A stretch of 64,000 bases of DNA from NCBI RefSeq assembly GCF_006345805.1, contig NC_043004.1, forward strand, positions 744,001 to 808,000, given 5' to 3'. This document shows, in pieces, positions 37,708 through 52,139 of this stretch. The position numbers were made by a program, and so were the translations under genes. How positions within the stretch are numbered: the stretch's first letter is position 1; each line of letters starts with the position of its first letter. Source of the DNA: Octopus sinensis (Eukaryota). The notes beneath the pieces are model-generated. The model made no database searches, had not been told where the DNA came from, and worked only from the letters and a program-made list of their open reading frames with translations.

Positions 37708-38268
37708 GACCTGAGGCAGTACCAGGCAGTGGGTCTCGTGGCTTCTGATCTTAACTGATTGGAAGTGTTATCATGTACATTGTTATCATGTACATTAGGC
37801 ATAAAAGATGGCCTACAGCAAATATTCTGCTCAATACCACAGATTTGCTTGTCAGTTGTTTGACCTTAACCAGTTGACCATGTCCCTTAGTGGCTGACGA
37901 TATGTGCATCTCTGATCACGAGCAGAAGTAGTGGGGTAGCATCATAGCCGTGTTTTGAAAGGAATTCTTTAGGATTCAAATAATTCACCTTTGGAAACAT
38001 GGGTGGTTCGTTCAACATCCTTAAACAATGCTTATTCAGGGACCTTTTTGAGCGGGATGGGCTACTCGACCAGAAGAAAATTCTAACTGGGCCCCACCTG
38101 CAAAGTCATGCGCTGTTTATCTTGATATGAGATCACCATGTCGTACACATATGGTTGTGATGCATGTGCCTGGTGTACCCTTATCAGACGGGTAGTCATG
38201 ATGGGTATACTGGACTTCGTATATTTTACTCCAGTATCACTTTGATGGAATGCACTGCTCTCTCACTC
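37708..38268 (+). mobile_element. About 560-bp non-coding retroposon (family D) inside (TAA)n
   Basis: Second copy at 54422-54800 in reverse orientation. Both are flanked by TAA/TGA repeats on each side. Confidence 0.8.
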
Positions 38269-38300
<32 letters not shown>

Positions 38301-38324
38301 TGATGATGATGATGATGATGAACC

Positions 38325-38568
38325 CCGTGAATACGCCTGTCTACATCTGATTTTGAGATGATGCATTCGGTACTTTGTAAAAATTTTACAGATCTTTCCA
38401 ACCATATTCTGCATGACAGTGAGACTCTGCTTAATAATACCGAAGCTATAAATGGTTACTGGAATGGCCAAAGAATTGATCGCATTAATTCTGTTAACAG
38501 TATTTAATTCTGAGTTTAGGACCATTCTTACCCTTTGGTAGCATACTTTGCGGATTTTCTCTTTCACT
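38325..38568 (-). mobile_element. R4/Dong-clade LINE fragment
   Basis: KEKIRKVCYQRVRMVLNSELNTVNRINAINSLAIPVTIYSFGII...KYRMHH. Confidence 0.88.
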
Positions 38569-40089
38569 GCGTATCGGGGCCGATCTAATCGACCGGCCTC
38601 CTCCTCCAAAATTTCGGGCCTTGTGCCTAGAGTAGAAAAGAATATGACTAGGGGTTGAACGCGGAGGCGACTCACTAGATGTAATCGTATGGGATATTAA
38701 CGGATAGTCAAGTACTAATAACCTCTGAAAACTACAAAACTATCCTGGAGTTACATACCTGTGTGAGGACAGAGAGGAGGTCAGTCAGACTAGAGATGCA
38801 GGGCGACACTTGTGTTTGTAAAGGCCATCTGAAGGTCAAGAGGTAGAAAAGCAAAAGAAAGAGGATGGATAGAAGGCCCCTGAAGCCAAGACATGCTTAC
38901 TGTTACTGTTACTACTGCTTTCACCTGATCGAGGCTTTGGGGTTAAATAGAGCGGAAATTGAAACCATATGAAATGAACTCAACCTCAGTATCACCAGCA
39001 CCAAAGGCTCACGAAGGAAGACAATCGAAAAGCCGAGTGGTCCCGTCCCCCTTCAGCACAAAGTTAGCTAAAATTGGTAAACCGCTGGAGACAATAAGGA
39101 AAGAAAATCAAGGCAAAGATAGAGAAAAGAATATACCCCCAGTTAAGGAAAGGAAGATGCTGAAAATCTCCACCTTCCATGAAGAGGTGCTTATCCTACT
39201 GGAGGATCTGATATTCACGTTTCCATGACTAATAACAGTAATCTGACAGATAATCAGAAGACTACTTTGGAGAAATACGTCGAATCCCAAAATGATAGAC
39301 TGTGAAATTAAACTATACACAGAATATGTTCACAATGTCAATGAAACTGGACTTTTCTCGAAGCACACGTGGAATTCCGTTTTGCGAGCGATTCCTGTAA
39401 TATTCTGAGATCGGATGGTGTTCGAGATTGCCGACAATTTAAGATATTACAGCCATACAAATATGCTGCATCTCTCAATGAACATATAGAATGTCTGTTC
39501 GTTAGAGCATGCTTTCATAGAACAATATCCTCGGGTGATATTTAAACTGATGATAAACTACCAGGGATCTCATTTGTTGGTTACTGTTTTTTTTTTTATT
39601 ATGAGCGCAGTTAAATGTTTCGTTGAACGTTCAAGCCGGTGACCTTTAAAAGATTGCCCAGACACGATTTCATATTTCGATAAATGTAGTGCCAGATAAA
39701 CTTAACCAGAAAAAAAAAAAAACAAAAACAAAACGAAGTGGTCCAAGCTGAAATAACTTAGATAATAACTTTGACCTGAGCTTAAGCAACAACAACAACA
39801 ACAACAACAGCAGTAGCAGCAGTAGGAGCGACGGTGGCAGCAGCAGCAGCAGCAACGGCGACAGCAGCAACAACTTCACTTATCATACTGGATTAGATCT
39901 TTAACTCTTAATCTAGCCATCAATGCTAAGGTCATGGCTGGAATGTCGCCTTCATTATAGTGGACACAATAGTTCTGGCTGCTCTAAATGTATTCCGATA
40001 TTTTAAGCTTCAATAACATTGCGTCCTATTCTTGATGTATCCAGTTCCTGCACCACATCGCCATACGCAATCCTATAACGTTTTGTAAC

Positions 40090-40141
<52 letters not shown>

Positions 40142-40156
40142 CACTACTAATACTGG

Positions 40157-40201
<45 letters not shown>

Positions 40202-40374
40202 CACAATCGTGTCCACTGACAAGGACGCCAACATTGTTTGATGCTGTTAAAATGCCATCAACATTCTGTGCGCATTACAACAAAACTATTAATTGCCAGA
40301 TATCATCGTCGTTGTCTCGTCGTCATCACCAACAACAGCGTCAAAAAGGTCGTTCGTTGCTTGTTAGAACCGCA

Positions 40375-40850
40375 ACCACTACAAACACCACCACCACCAC
40401 CACCACCACCACCACCACCACCACCACACCACCACCACCACCACCCACCACCACCACCAACACCACCACCACCACCACCACAACCACCACCACCACCAAC
40501 ACCACCACCACCAACACCACCACCAACACCACCACCACCACCACCACCACCAACACCACCACCACCACCACCACCACCACCACCACCACCACCACCAACA
40601 CCACCACCAACACCACCACCACCACCACCACCAACACCACCACCACCACCACCACCACCACCACCACCACCACCACCACCACCACCACCACCACCAACAC
40701 CACCACCACCAACACCACCACCAACACCACCACCAACACCACCACCAACACCACCACCACACCACCACCACCACAACCACCACCACCACACCACCACCAC
40801 CACCACCACCACCACCACCACCAACATCACCACCGACACCACCACCAAAC
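40375..40850. repeat. About 470-bp (CCA/CAA)n tract
   Basis: Direct inspection. It explains the poly-T/P/G/V/W pseudo-ORFs. Confidence 0.95.
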
Positions 40851-40857
40851 TAAATAA

Positions 40858-41295
40858 TAATGCTTTCAAATTTTGGCACAGAGCCTGCAATTTCGGCATA
40901 GAAAGTAAATTGATTACATTACATCGACCGCAGTGCGTAACTGGTATTCATTTTATCAACCACAAAGCCATGGAAGGCAAAGTCGACTTGGGTGGGATTT
41001 GAACGCAGAACGTAAAGCCGGAACAAATGCTGCTAAGCATTTTGTCCGGTGCGACAACAGTTTTGCCAGCTCGCTACCTTAAAATAATAATTTCAAATTT
41101 TGGGACAAAACTAGTAAGTCGTGGTGGGGTAAGTCGATTACATTGATCCCCAGTACACGACTGGTACTTATTTTATCGACCTTGAAAAGTTGAAAGGAAA
41201 CGTCGACCCCGGCAGCATTTGAACTCAGAATGTAAAGACAGACGAAATACTGCTAAGCATTTTGCCCGGCGTGCTAACGATTCTGCCAGCTCGCC

Positions 41296-41341
<46 letters not shown>

Positions 41342-41565
41342 TATAATAATGGTTTCAAATTTTGCCACAAGGGCTGCAATTTTGGGAGAGGGGATAGTCG
41401 ATTACATCGATCCTAGTACACAACTGGTACTTATTTTATCGACCTCGAAAGGATGGAAGGCAAAGTCGACTTGGGTGGAATATGAACTCAGAACGTAGCG
41501 ATGGGCGGAATACCGCTAAACATTTCGTTCGGCGCGCTAACGTTTCTGCCAGCTCACCGCCTTTA

Positions 41566-41633
<68 letters not shown>

Positions 41634-41634
41634 A

Positions 41635-41686
<52 letters not shown>

Positions 41687-41703
41687 TAATAAAAATAATA
41701 ATA

Positions 41704-41734
<31 letters not shown>

Positions 41735-41736
41735 TG

Positions 41737-41775
<39 letters not shown>

Positions 41776-42065
41776 GTACTTTACTTTATCGACCCCGAAA
41801 AGCTGAAAGGTGAATTTGATCTCAGCGGCATTTGAACTCAGAACCTAAAGAGCCAGAAGAACTGCCGTTTAGCATTTTGTTCGACGCGCTAACAATTCTG
41901 CATGCTCATTATCATAATTATTTCAAATTTTGGCACAAGGCCAACTGCTTTATTGGGAGGGAATAAGTCGATTACGTTGATCCGCGTACATGACTGGTAC
42001 TCGAAGTTATCGAACTCGGAAGGATTACAGGCCGAGTTGAACTTGGTGGGATTTGAACTCAGAAC
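40858..42065 (-). mobile_element. Array of five same-orientation SINE family B copies separated by (TAA)n
   Basis: Units at about 40860-41085, 41090-41298, 41350-41563, 41773-41905 and 41920-42065. Confidence 0.88.
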
Positions 42066-43074
42066 AAAACCTGCTGGGGTGAACTCCGGGGTGCAGTAAA
42101 TATCGTGTGTGATAGGTCCTAGGTTACGGTGGGGGTGTGGCGGGTGGTCAAGGTAATCGATTAACCCCTTCCTGTTAAAATTCCTGGCGTCAATCGTAAA
42201 TCAGAAAACAACAACAACAACAACAGCAGTCACAACAAATGCAGCATCAGTAACTGCAGCGGTGGCAGCGGTTGCAGCAGTGTTGCAATAACCTGTTATA
42301 ACAGAAGCTGCAGCGGCAGCAGCAGCAGTCGCAGTAGTAGCAGCGGACGGACTTTTTGCCTGCATTAAAACTATCGAAACACGAGCGCGCACACACAGTC
42401 ACACACAGACACACACACAGTCACAAACATACACACACACACTCTCACGCACTCACAGGCTCTCTCTCCACTACCACCACCCTCTTACACACGCACACAC
42501 GCTCACACACATACACACACAAGCCTTGTTACATATTTCTCTCGTCACGGGATTATATAATTACAGCAATCATTAACCAATCACCAGCCAACACGTATCG
42601 GCAATGAAATGTCTTCGTTTTGTTTTACTATCAAAAGGTACATCACTGTACATGCAATGCAGAGATAAGCTATGTGACCCGGTTTCAAATCAGATATCAA
42701 AAATATTTCCCTTCATTCTCACGATGGCGTCTTTGAGAAATGTCACTGTTCTGTAAGAAACTTATATCAATGAAATCTCAGCCTGTTCGTTCCACGACTC
42801 GGTTTCAATTCCTGGCTGGACATTATTTAATTTCATGTAGCTTATTGCATTGGTGTAGCTAGAGTATGCGCCGCTTAGGGACAGCCCTTGTGTTTACTGA
42901 CCCCCTAGGCCCCCTATACAGACTTACGCAGCAAACCCCAAAATAAGACCCCATAAAGGTGTCACCCCGGAGGTGAACGGATCCCAAATCATCATCATCA
43001 GCATCAACATCATCAAGTCCAAGGGCTCATCGAGTCAGTTACCCAATGTTCATGGTGTTTAAGTAACTGAGATT

Positions 43075-43222
43075 ACAACAACATCCCCGAACGGGGCGCT
43101 AGTCCTTCACAAGATTACTCATTTTACAGCTGAGTGGACTGGTGCAATACGAAATAAAGAGCTTTTCTCAAGAACACAATGCACCGCCCTGCCCGGAAAT
43201 CGAAACCGCAATCTTGCGCCTA
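43075..43222 (-). mobile_element. SINE family C fragment
   Basis: cagctgagtggactgg core. Confidence 0.7.
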
Positions 43223-43310
43223 GTTTGTTACTGTTATTGTTGTCATTGTTGTTTAGCCTTAATCGAGCTGACCAATGATCAAAGATATCCCGACTGTGAC
43301 TATTCTTTCA

Positions 43311-43495
43311 TTCTTTTATTTGCTTCAGTCATTTTGACTGCGACCAAGCAGGAACACCGCCTGTAGTCGAACAAATCGACCTCAGGACTTATTCTTTGTA
43401 AGCTTAGTGCTTATTCTATCAGTATCTTTTGCCGAACCGCTAGGTTACGGGGTCATGAAAACACCAACAACAATTGTCAAGCGATAAATACACAA

Positions 43496-43563
<68 letters not shown>

Positions 43564-43740
43564 ACATACACACATATACGGCGGGCTTCTTTCAGTTTCC
43601 GTCTACGAAATCTACTCAGAAGGCTTTGGTCGACCTGAGGCTACAGTAAAAGACGCCCGAGGTGCCACACAGTGGGACTGAACCCGGAACCATGTGGTTG
43701 GGAAGCAAGCTTCATACCACACAGCCACACCTGCGCCTGT
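43311..43740 (-). mobile_element. SINE family A, full length
   Basis: Tail, (CA)n, core and head. Confidence 0.9.
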
Positions 43741-44029
43741 CTTAACCTTGTATTTTTTTCATTTGTGTAAGGTGCCCCGGACTACATTATGCTTTGCATC
43801 CTTTTCTGTGATGATGTGGTGTGATTTGAAGGTAGCTTAGCTACTATTCCTAGCAGGGCAGGTGACCACATAGAAGGCACCTCCTTGATTCATATAAAGT
43901 ATATCCATTAACCAGTTTCATATCTTTTTTCCTACGAACAAAGTTTAAAATTTCGTCCCTTCTTTTTGTATTGTTGGGACAATATCAAAGACTTCGACTC
44001 TCACAGATATTATATAATTATTTCTACTC

Positions 44030-44228
44030 TCTTGGCACAAGGCCTTGAAAATTTTGGGCTAGTCGATTATATCAACGCCATTGCATAACTGGTACTTATT
44101 TCATCGACCTGGAAAGGATGAAAGGCAAAGTCACCCTCGGCGGAATTTGACTTAGAACATAGCAGCAGACGAAATACCGCTAAGCATTTCGCCCGGCGTG
44201 CTAACGATTCTGCCAGCTCGCCGCCTTA
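44030..44228 (-). mobile_element. SINE family B
   Basis: Head gccagctcgccgcc at the right end. Confidence 0.88.
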
Positions 44229-44229
44229 T

Positions 44230-44478
44230 GTTTCCTTCTCGAGCCATGACAGGTTCATAAGGGCCGGTTCCCTGGTTTCAGTGGCGTGTATATTTCCTAC
44301 CTGAACTGGACGCCAGTCCATCGCAGCGTTACTCATTTTTGCCGGCTGAGTGGACTGGAGCAACGTGAAATGAAGTGTTTTGCTCAAGAGCACAACGCGT
44401 TGCCCAGTCCAGGAATCGAAACCACAATCTTACAATCATGAGTCCAACACCCTAACCACTACGCCATGCGCCTCCACA
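44230..44478 (-). mobile_element. SINE family C, full length
   Basis: tRNA head, CORE-like domain and tail. Confidence 0.88.
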
Positions 44479-45106
44479 CAGATATTATATAATGGAGTAG
44501 TTTTCCTCATCGACTTTACTGAAACTATAACATCAACTAGACACACTGAGCTACGATCTTTTATTTACTGACTTAATGTTCTTGCTTCATGCGGTGGTCA
44601 ACTCTAACTTTAATGAAGCCAATTTTTAGGTCAACGGTATATGCCACGAGCCACGAAGAGTTAAGTACTTTAGCATGAAGCACAAAAGGGTATTAGTGAT
44701 CGTTTAGTTTGTAGGATTACACGGTTTAAATTCAATTAGAATCACTCTTATCTCAAAAAGAAGAGAAGTTCGTTTTATGTCAATAAGTTCAATTGTCAAA
44801 AATAGGAAGTTTGACGTTTCAACTGTTTGTCCATCATCATAACACAGGGATAAAAAGACACCGATGTGTTGTTTCTCCAGTTAGAGGTAGTGAAATGTCA
44901 TTTCGATTAATCTATCTACCTGTGTATGTATGCATGTATGTATCTGTCTCTCTGTCTCTCTGACTGTCAATCTATCCATCAGTCTATATAACCACTTTCC
45001 GCTCTCTCTTCTCTCTCTCTCACCACACACACACACACACATCCAGCATATATCGTTTATGATATCACAAACACATACACACATGCACACACAACACACA
45101 CATAGG

Positions 45107-45156
<50 letters not shown>

Positions 45157-45379
45157 CAATATAGTTTAGCTTACTGTATTAATGCCAACGGATGCTCCAA
45201 GCACAGCCCCCACATATACCCCGCTTCTTGAATTACTTAACTAACATTGCATTGAAACAAATACTAAGTATGAAATATTCGGAGGGTTTTACGGGATCCG
45301 TGTGCAAATCTTAGCTCAATCTCTTTTAGTCGCCTTCTACGAAACGCAGAAGAAACGGTAGAGCTATTCTCTGACATGC

Positions 45380-45890
45380 CGGTCCCCAAACACTACGAGA
45401 ACAATAAAAAATGAAGACCTTTGTTCGAGAACACCGCACGCCGCCCGATCCGGGAATCGAACCCATGATCACTAGATCATGTGTGTAACACCCTAACTAT
45501 TTCCAGGAATAAAGAGAAGAATAAATGGAAATACTAGAAAGAATGAAAGGTAAAGTTAACCTGGACAGGATTTGAACTGAGAGTGCAGAAAGCTGAAATG
45601 AATGCCATAAAATCATTCTATTCGATGCGCTAACAACTGTCCTCGCTCACCCTGATGAGCAGAGAGAAAAGAAACGAATGCCTAATGTCATGGTTTCAAA
45701 TTCTCGGCACAAGGCCAGTAATTTCGTGAAGTAGGTAAGTCTATTATATTGATTCTGGTGTTCAACTAGTATTTAATTTATCAACTCCGAAAGGATGAAA
45801 GGCAAAGTCGACCTTGGCAGAATTCGAACTCAGAATGTAAAGACGGACGAAATGCCGCTAAGAATTTTGTCCGGCGAGCTAACAATTCTT
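45380..45890 (-). mobile_element. Cluster of degenerate SINE fragments (C head about 45380-45500; B about 45540-45650 and 45690-45890)
   Basis: gggaatcgaacc and ggatgaaaggcaaagtcgacc motifs. Confidence 0.7.
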
Positions 45891-47173
45891 TGTATGTTTG
45901 CTATAGTCACCACTCCACTCTCTTTCCCTCTGCTTCCCGTCCGTTTGTATGTCTGCTCTTTAACCACTGTCCTCCGCAGCTATTCTTTCTTTCACTGACT
46001 TTGGTTAATCTGCAGTCTCCCCTCCTTCCCCAGCGCTAACTTTCTACTTTCATTATCGATCCGTTTCTCAATCTCTCTCTCTCTCTCTCTCTTACGATCT
46101 CCCTCTCTCTTTTTCGCAAGCTACCACACTCTCCATTCTCGTTATACTTTACTATTTGCTCTCCTCCCTCTCCATCTCCTTCGTTTTTCTCCTCACAAGT
46201 AAAGTAAATCTCTTCATTAAATAATCTCTCCACCCGCCTGCCTGCATGTCTGGCCGCCTGCCTGCCTGCCTGTCTGTTTGTCTGTCTCTATCTGGCTGCC
46301 TGTCTGTCTGCTTGTCTGCCTCATTAGATTCTCCATCTCTGTTTTCTCTGTTTGTGTCTTGGCCTCTCTTTCATCTTTTCAGTCTTCAGCACATCACTTA
46401 CACAACTCTTCTTAGCCATTAACGAAGCCACCACAAAAGTTAGATTTAATTGCAAACAAAACAACAACAACAGCAGCAACAACAACATCAATAACATATC
46501 AACAGAAGCAATTAGCTGGTGCGATGCGGTGTATGTCGGTATATTGTCGCCTCCGTAAAGAAAGCCAGCACCGCTGTTACAATATTCGTCTGTATTCTTG
46601 CATAACAGCCTGGCTAGAAGGTACACAGGATGCTTTCACCTTGCAACAACCAAGCCTGTCTTCAATGTGAATGCACACTTTTGTGCATGCGTGCATTTGT
46701 ATTTGTATGCATGTACAAGTAGCAGGCACATGTATTTGTGCGCGTGTATATCTATGTAGGCATATTATAGCTTAGTCCAAAAACAAATGCAAAATCCTGT
46801 TTGCCAGCAATTCTACCATCTCTAGATTTCACCGGGACTACCAAAGAAATATATACCAGTTATATGCTGAGGGCCGGGCAGTCAAGAGGACCTTGTGTTG
46901 GAGTAAGGACATTGTCATCAAATATTTTATATTCACTTGCAGAGATTTTACGTTTGAATCGAGCTTTTGTCGTTGTTGTTGTTGTTGTTGTCTGAGAGTG
47001 TGTATGTTGAATTAATGAGAGTCAAAGACATTTACCCTGCTATGCGTTGGACGTTCTGTGGATTCTCAACTACGCCATGGATTGCTTTATGCCACGGGTG
47101 GGAATGCAAAAAGTACACCCCAAAAAATGTCAAAGTGAGTACATCATGCTTTGTTGTTTTGTTGCTGCCGTTA

Positions 47174-47219
<46 letters not shown>

Positions 47220-47252
47220 CATCATCATCATCATCATCATCGTCACTATCGC

Positions 47253-47301
<49 letters not shown>

Positions 47302-47687
47302 GTTGAAATCATTGTTGTTGTTGTTGTTGTTGTTGTTCTTGTTCTTCTCATTCTTATATTTATTATAATTATTATACTATTATTATCATTATTATTGTCG
47401 TTGTTGTTGTTGTTATTTCACGATCTTTCTAAGATGAGTTTTTTGTTTCTTTGGTTTAAAAAGCCACAAAAGTTTGCATAAGCATCAGTGTATGTATACG
47501 AGTGTGCGTGTGTGTATGAGTGCATCCGTGTGTACATGCATGTGAGAGTATGTACGTGCGTGTGTGTGTGCGCATGTGTGTATGCGAGTGTTTATGTGCG
47601 TGTGTGTATTTGACTGGTCTAACTTATTTGCTAATACTAATATATTAAGTATTTTTTCAATAGACGAAACTATCAGCAATCAGCACC

Positions 47688-48320
<633 letters not shown>

Positions 48321-48734
48321 CATTTTCTCGAGCATCTTTCACTTCATATTAAAATCAATAGCTCGTTGAAGTTCATGAAATAATTGAACAGTTTTATATC
48401 CTTTTTCTACAGTTTTGGTGATGATTGCTCGGTTATTATTTTTAATCTTCGAATAGCGTTTGCTTAACAGGTTAAAGTTTGAATAACGAAGGCAAAATAG
48501 ATATCAAATATCAAAGAGTTAGAAAAATGTATCTCCTAATATCGAAGTATACTGTTGAGAATTCAGTGCAGATGAGCTGGGTACGGTTGAATGCAAGATG
48601 ATTGCCTTCCGAAAATTCTTTTGTGTAGCCAACAAGTAGAGGGGTTCTGTGGTAAAAGGAGACCACGTGTTAGATATAAGGATAACTTGAAACAATCATT
48701 AAAATCCCTACAGTTAAATTTAGCATTTTTGGTA

Positions 48735-48955
48735 AAGTCAATGCATAGATCGATCTGAGTGGCCTAAAACAGTGTCATGATGCATCGAAACAATTTGGGT
48801 TGGAGAAACAGAACAATAAAAAAATCCTATCCTGCAATCAACAGACCCATTTGTCCAGTCCCGTGCAAAATCAAAACCATCATTGCCCCCATTGTGACTC
48901 CATAGCAAAATCCACATCCGGTCTGGAATTACATTCACGCGTTCATCGCAAGTAT
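48735..48955 (+). mobile_element. RTE-type LINE 3' fragment with one C2H2 finger
   Basis: DRSEW..TV followed by CPHCDSIAKSTSGLELHSRVH. Confidence 0.7.
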
Positions 48956-49044
48956 ATGCAGCTTCTTTTATTTTCATTCCTTTTTTTTGTCCTTTCCTTC
49001 AAACACCTATACGTCAAAGTGAGAAACCATCGTTATATATATAT

Positions 49045-49359
49045 ATATCACCACCGTGGTCACCGTGACCGACCAGGCTGTCAGATGTTGCTACTCATCG
49101 CTGGTCACAATGCGCTTCGCATTGTTTTAGCCTTCAAATGATGCCACTCCGCTGGCTAAGCAAGCAGGCCAACAGAAGAAAGAATGAGAGAAAGTTGCGG
49201 CGAAAGAGTACAGCAGGGATCGCCACCACCCCCTACCAGAGCATCGTGGAGCTTTAGGTGTTTCCGCTCAATAAACACTCACAACGCCCGGTCTGGGAAT
49301 CGAAACCACGATCCTACGATCGCGAGTCCACTGCTCTAACCACTGGGCCATTGCACCTC

Positions 49360-49360
<1 letters not shown>
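49045..49360 (-). mobile_element. tRNA-derived SINE (related to 36240-36535)
   Basis: Head tggcccagtggttagagc...ggtttcgattcc on the minus strand. Confidence 0.85.
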
Positions 49361-49409
<49 letters not shown>

Positions 49410-49449
49410 TATATATATATATATATATATATATGACGAAGCCTAGAGA

Positions 49450-49950
49450 AACACCCAAGTACCTCAATTTCATCTACTAATTACTTCAGTCTACTGGAAG
49501 AATAAAGGTAGAATGAAGTATTTTTGCCTCTTGGCTGAAACAGCTGTAAGATATTTTCCCAACTTATATTCCTATATGTTATATATTTTAATAATTACTG
49601 GAATCTGTATATATTTTATATGTAAAGCATAATATATTATACGTCTATATATATTCTTGTAATTGTCATTTTAGTAAATAAATGAATAAATAAATTGACA
49701 TAATATGATGTCTAAAAGTTGATGAACCACCTATTGATCCCCTCCATTTTCTTATTGCTCTATAAACTAATGGTAAAATATCTCTTTACCCTCACCCATT
49801 TAGTACACTAGGTAATGTAGGTGCAATGCAATAAAAAACACTTGTGTATTAATCATTGGGTATTCTACCAGCAGTATATTGGATAGATATTATCCCTTAG
49901 TTGGTTGGATTCACAACTTCTAACTTTATTGGAATATATATATAAAGATG
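49450..49950 (+). mobile_element. Distant relative of the 17275-17720 HHR repeat, HHR degenerate
   Basis: Shared GAAACAGCTGTAAG (49537-49550), ctccattttcttatt and terminal block. Confidence 0.55.
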
Positions 49951-50177
49951 GTGTCTCATTAATAAAAACATAAATAAACACGAAAACAACAGAAGTCAAA
50001 AGGACATATACTGTAAAACTATTAGGTTGGCGCTCAGTTTAAGGTGATAAAAACGGGGGTTATGTAATGTTTCGAACTTGATTCTTCGTCAGAAAGAACA
50101 AAAAGGAAAGGTTCGTAGGGAAAGTAAACAATTGTCCAAGAAAAGCACGTGTGTGGTACATGGCCGTATATGCATTT

Positions 50178-50221
<44 letters not shown>

Positions 50222-50739
50222 ATGTGTGTGTGTATGTGTATGTATGTATGTAAACGCTTCTGCATTGCAAAATAATTTAAAGAACACACGTATCTCCGAA
50301 TATCTGGTTTACACGTTAAATTTTCACGACAGTATTACAACTGTAACTTAGTTTGAAGTTATTTCTATTGAATTGTTGAATAATTATTGTTTTCGTTGAA
50401 TTTGATCTCCCTCATCAGACGGATCTATGTTTCAAGCAAAGTATTGTAGTCATTACATTCCATTCTTTTGCTGAAATGCACAGAACCCACAACCACATTA
50501 GTCAAAGTGTTTATGACAACAAATTTTTTATTGGAAGGAGATTTAGTAGCTATTTCTAGCAGAATCAGTGCGGTGTGTGTGGGGGGGGGGAGGGGGTCAG
50601 AGGTATTTTTGTTGGCTCAGCTGTTCAATCTTCTTCCATACTGGTAGTTGATTGCAAATAGCTTATTTAATAATGCCAGGACGTCATTTTTTTATAATTT
50701 TATAATAATACACTCCATGATGATTAAAAAGTGAACACA

Positions 50740-50799
<60 letters not shown>

Positions 50800-50829
50800 T
50801 ACACCACACATACAACAAACACACACACG

Positions 50830-51035
50830 CTTCATTTATTTGCTTCAGCCATTAGACTGCGGCCATGCTGGGGCACCGCCTTGAACAGTTTGTTTTAGTC
50901 GAATGAATCGACCCCAGTATTATTTTTTGCTTACTGTCACTTATTCTATTGGTCTATACTGCCGAACTGCTACGTTACGGGGATGTAAGCACACCACCAC
51001 CGGTTGTCTATCGGTGGGGGACAAACACAAGCACA
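50830..51035 (-). mobile_element. SINE family A, 3' half
   Basis: Tail alignment. Confidence 0.85.
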
Positions 51036-51069
51036 AAGACACACACACACACGCGCGCAGCCCCCCCCC

Positions 51070-51260
51070 ACATGGGTTAGTGGTTAAGGTGCTACATTAG
51101 CGCTCGATTCTTAGACCAAGTGGTGTATTGTGTTCTTGAGCAGAACACTTCATCTCACGTTGCTCAGCGATCACTTCGACACCTGCCGCACGGCACACCG
51201 CGCACCTGTTCAGGCAACGTCGATTTAATGGCAAGAGTGAGCTCCTGCGTCGTCTTGGAG
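51070..51260 (+). mobile_element. SINE family C variant
   Basis: gggttagtggttaagg head; tgtgttcttgagcagaacacttcatctcacgttgctc core. Confidence 0.75.
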
Positions 51261-51328
51261 GGAAGAGTTCATCGTATATGTGTGTATATACATTTACATA
51301 TACATATACATACATATATCATACATAC

Positions 51329-51412
<84 letters not shown>

Positions 51413-52139
51413 CATATGTATATGTAAATGTATATATATACATATACATACTTACATATATATATATATGTATCTATGTATATATGTATGTATGTATATA
51501 TGCATGTATGTATGTTTGCATGTACGTATATATATTTATATATATATGCGTGTGTGTGTGTATGTGTTGTTGTTGTTGTTGTTGAAATTTATAGAAAGAC
51601 GAATACAGGTATAGGAACAATAAGCAGGTGTATTAGCTTAGAGCTCGCGAAGAATGGAAATACCTTTACGTTTCGACCCTACTATCTTCGACAGAAAGAA
51701 ATAAGAGGATATAAGCAGAGAGAGAATTAAAAAAAAATCTGCTGAGTTCATCCTGCTAAATTCACTCACAAGGCATCGATTTGTTTGGGGCTGTTTCGGA
51801 AGACACTTGTCCAAGATGCCACCAAGGTGCTGCACAGCAAGATTGAACTCGAAGTCGCGTGGCTGCAAAGTGAGCTTCGTAACCATACACCATACCATAC
51901 ACTCATAACGTCCTGTTAAATGTCTCATTGGGTTTATCGAGCATATGTAGGTCAACAAAACTACATATTTCTGCGCTGTCGAGCAACCCTATTCTAACGT
52001 CAAATGAATAACTTGGTCTACCTTCTTTTAACCTCGACAGAATCTTTGTAGAAGAGCAGAGTTTTCCTAGCTTGTATATTATCATCACCATTGTCATTTA
52101 TATTGCTTAGATTTCCTAACGAATTCAAGGGAGCCAAAA

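Noticed and set aside
38959-39320. 89-aa ORF and neighbouring frames
   Set aside because: No recognisable motif or splice support.
40375-40850. Proline/threonine-rich (mucin- or extensin-like) CDS, or G-quadruplex element
   Set aside because: A pure (CCA/CAA)n tract flanked by SINEs and other microsatellites, with nothing specific beyond composition.
40858-42065. CRISPR-like repeat-spacer array
   Set aside because: Units are about 200-bp divergent SINEs separated by microsatellites in a eukaryotic genome, with no short invariant repeats or unique spacers.
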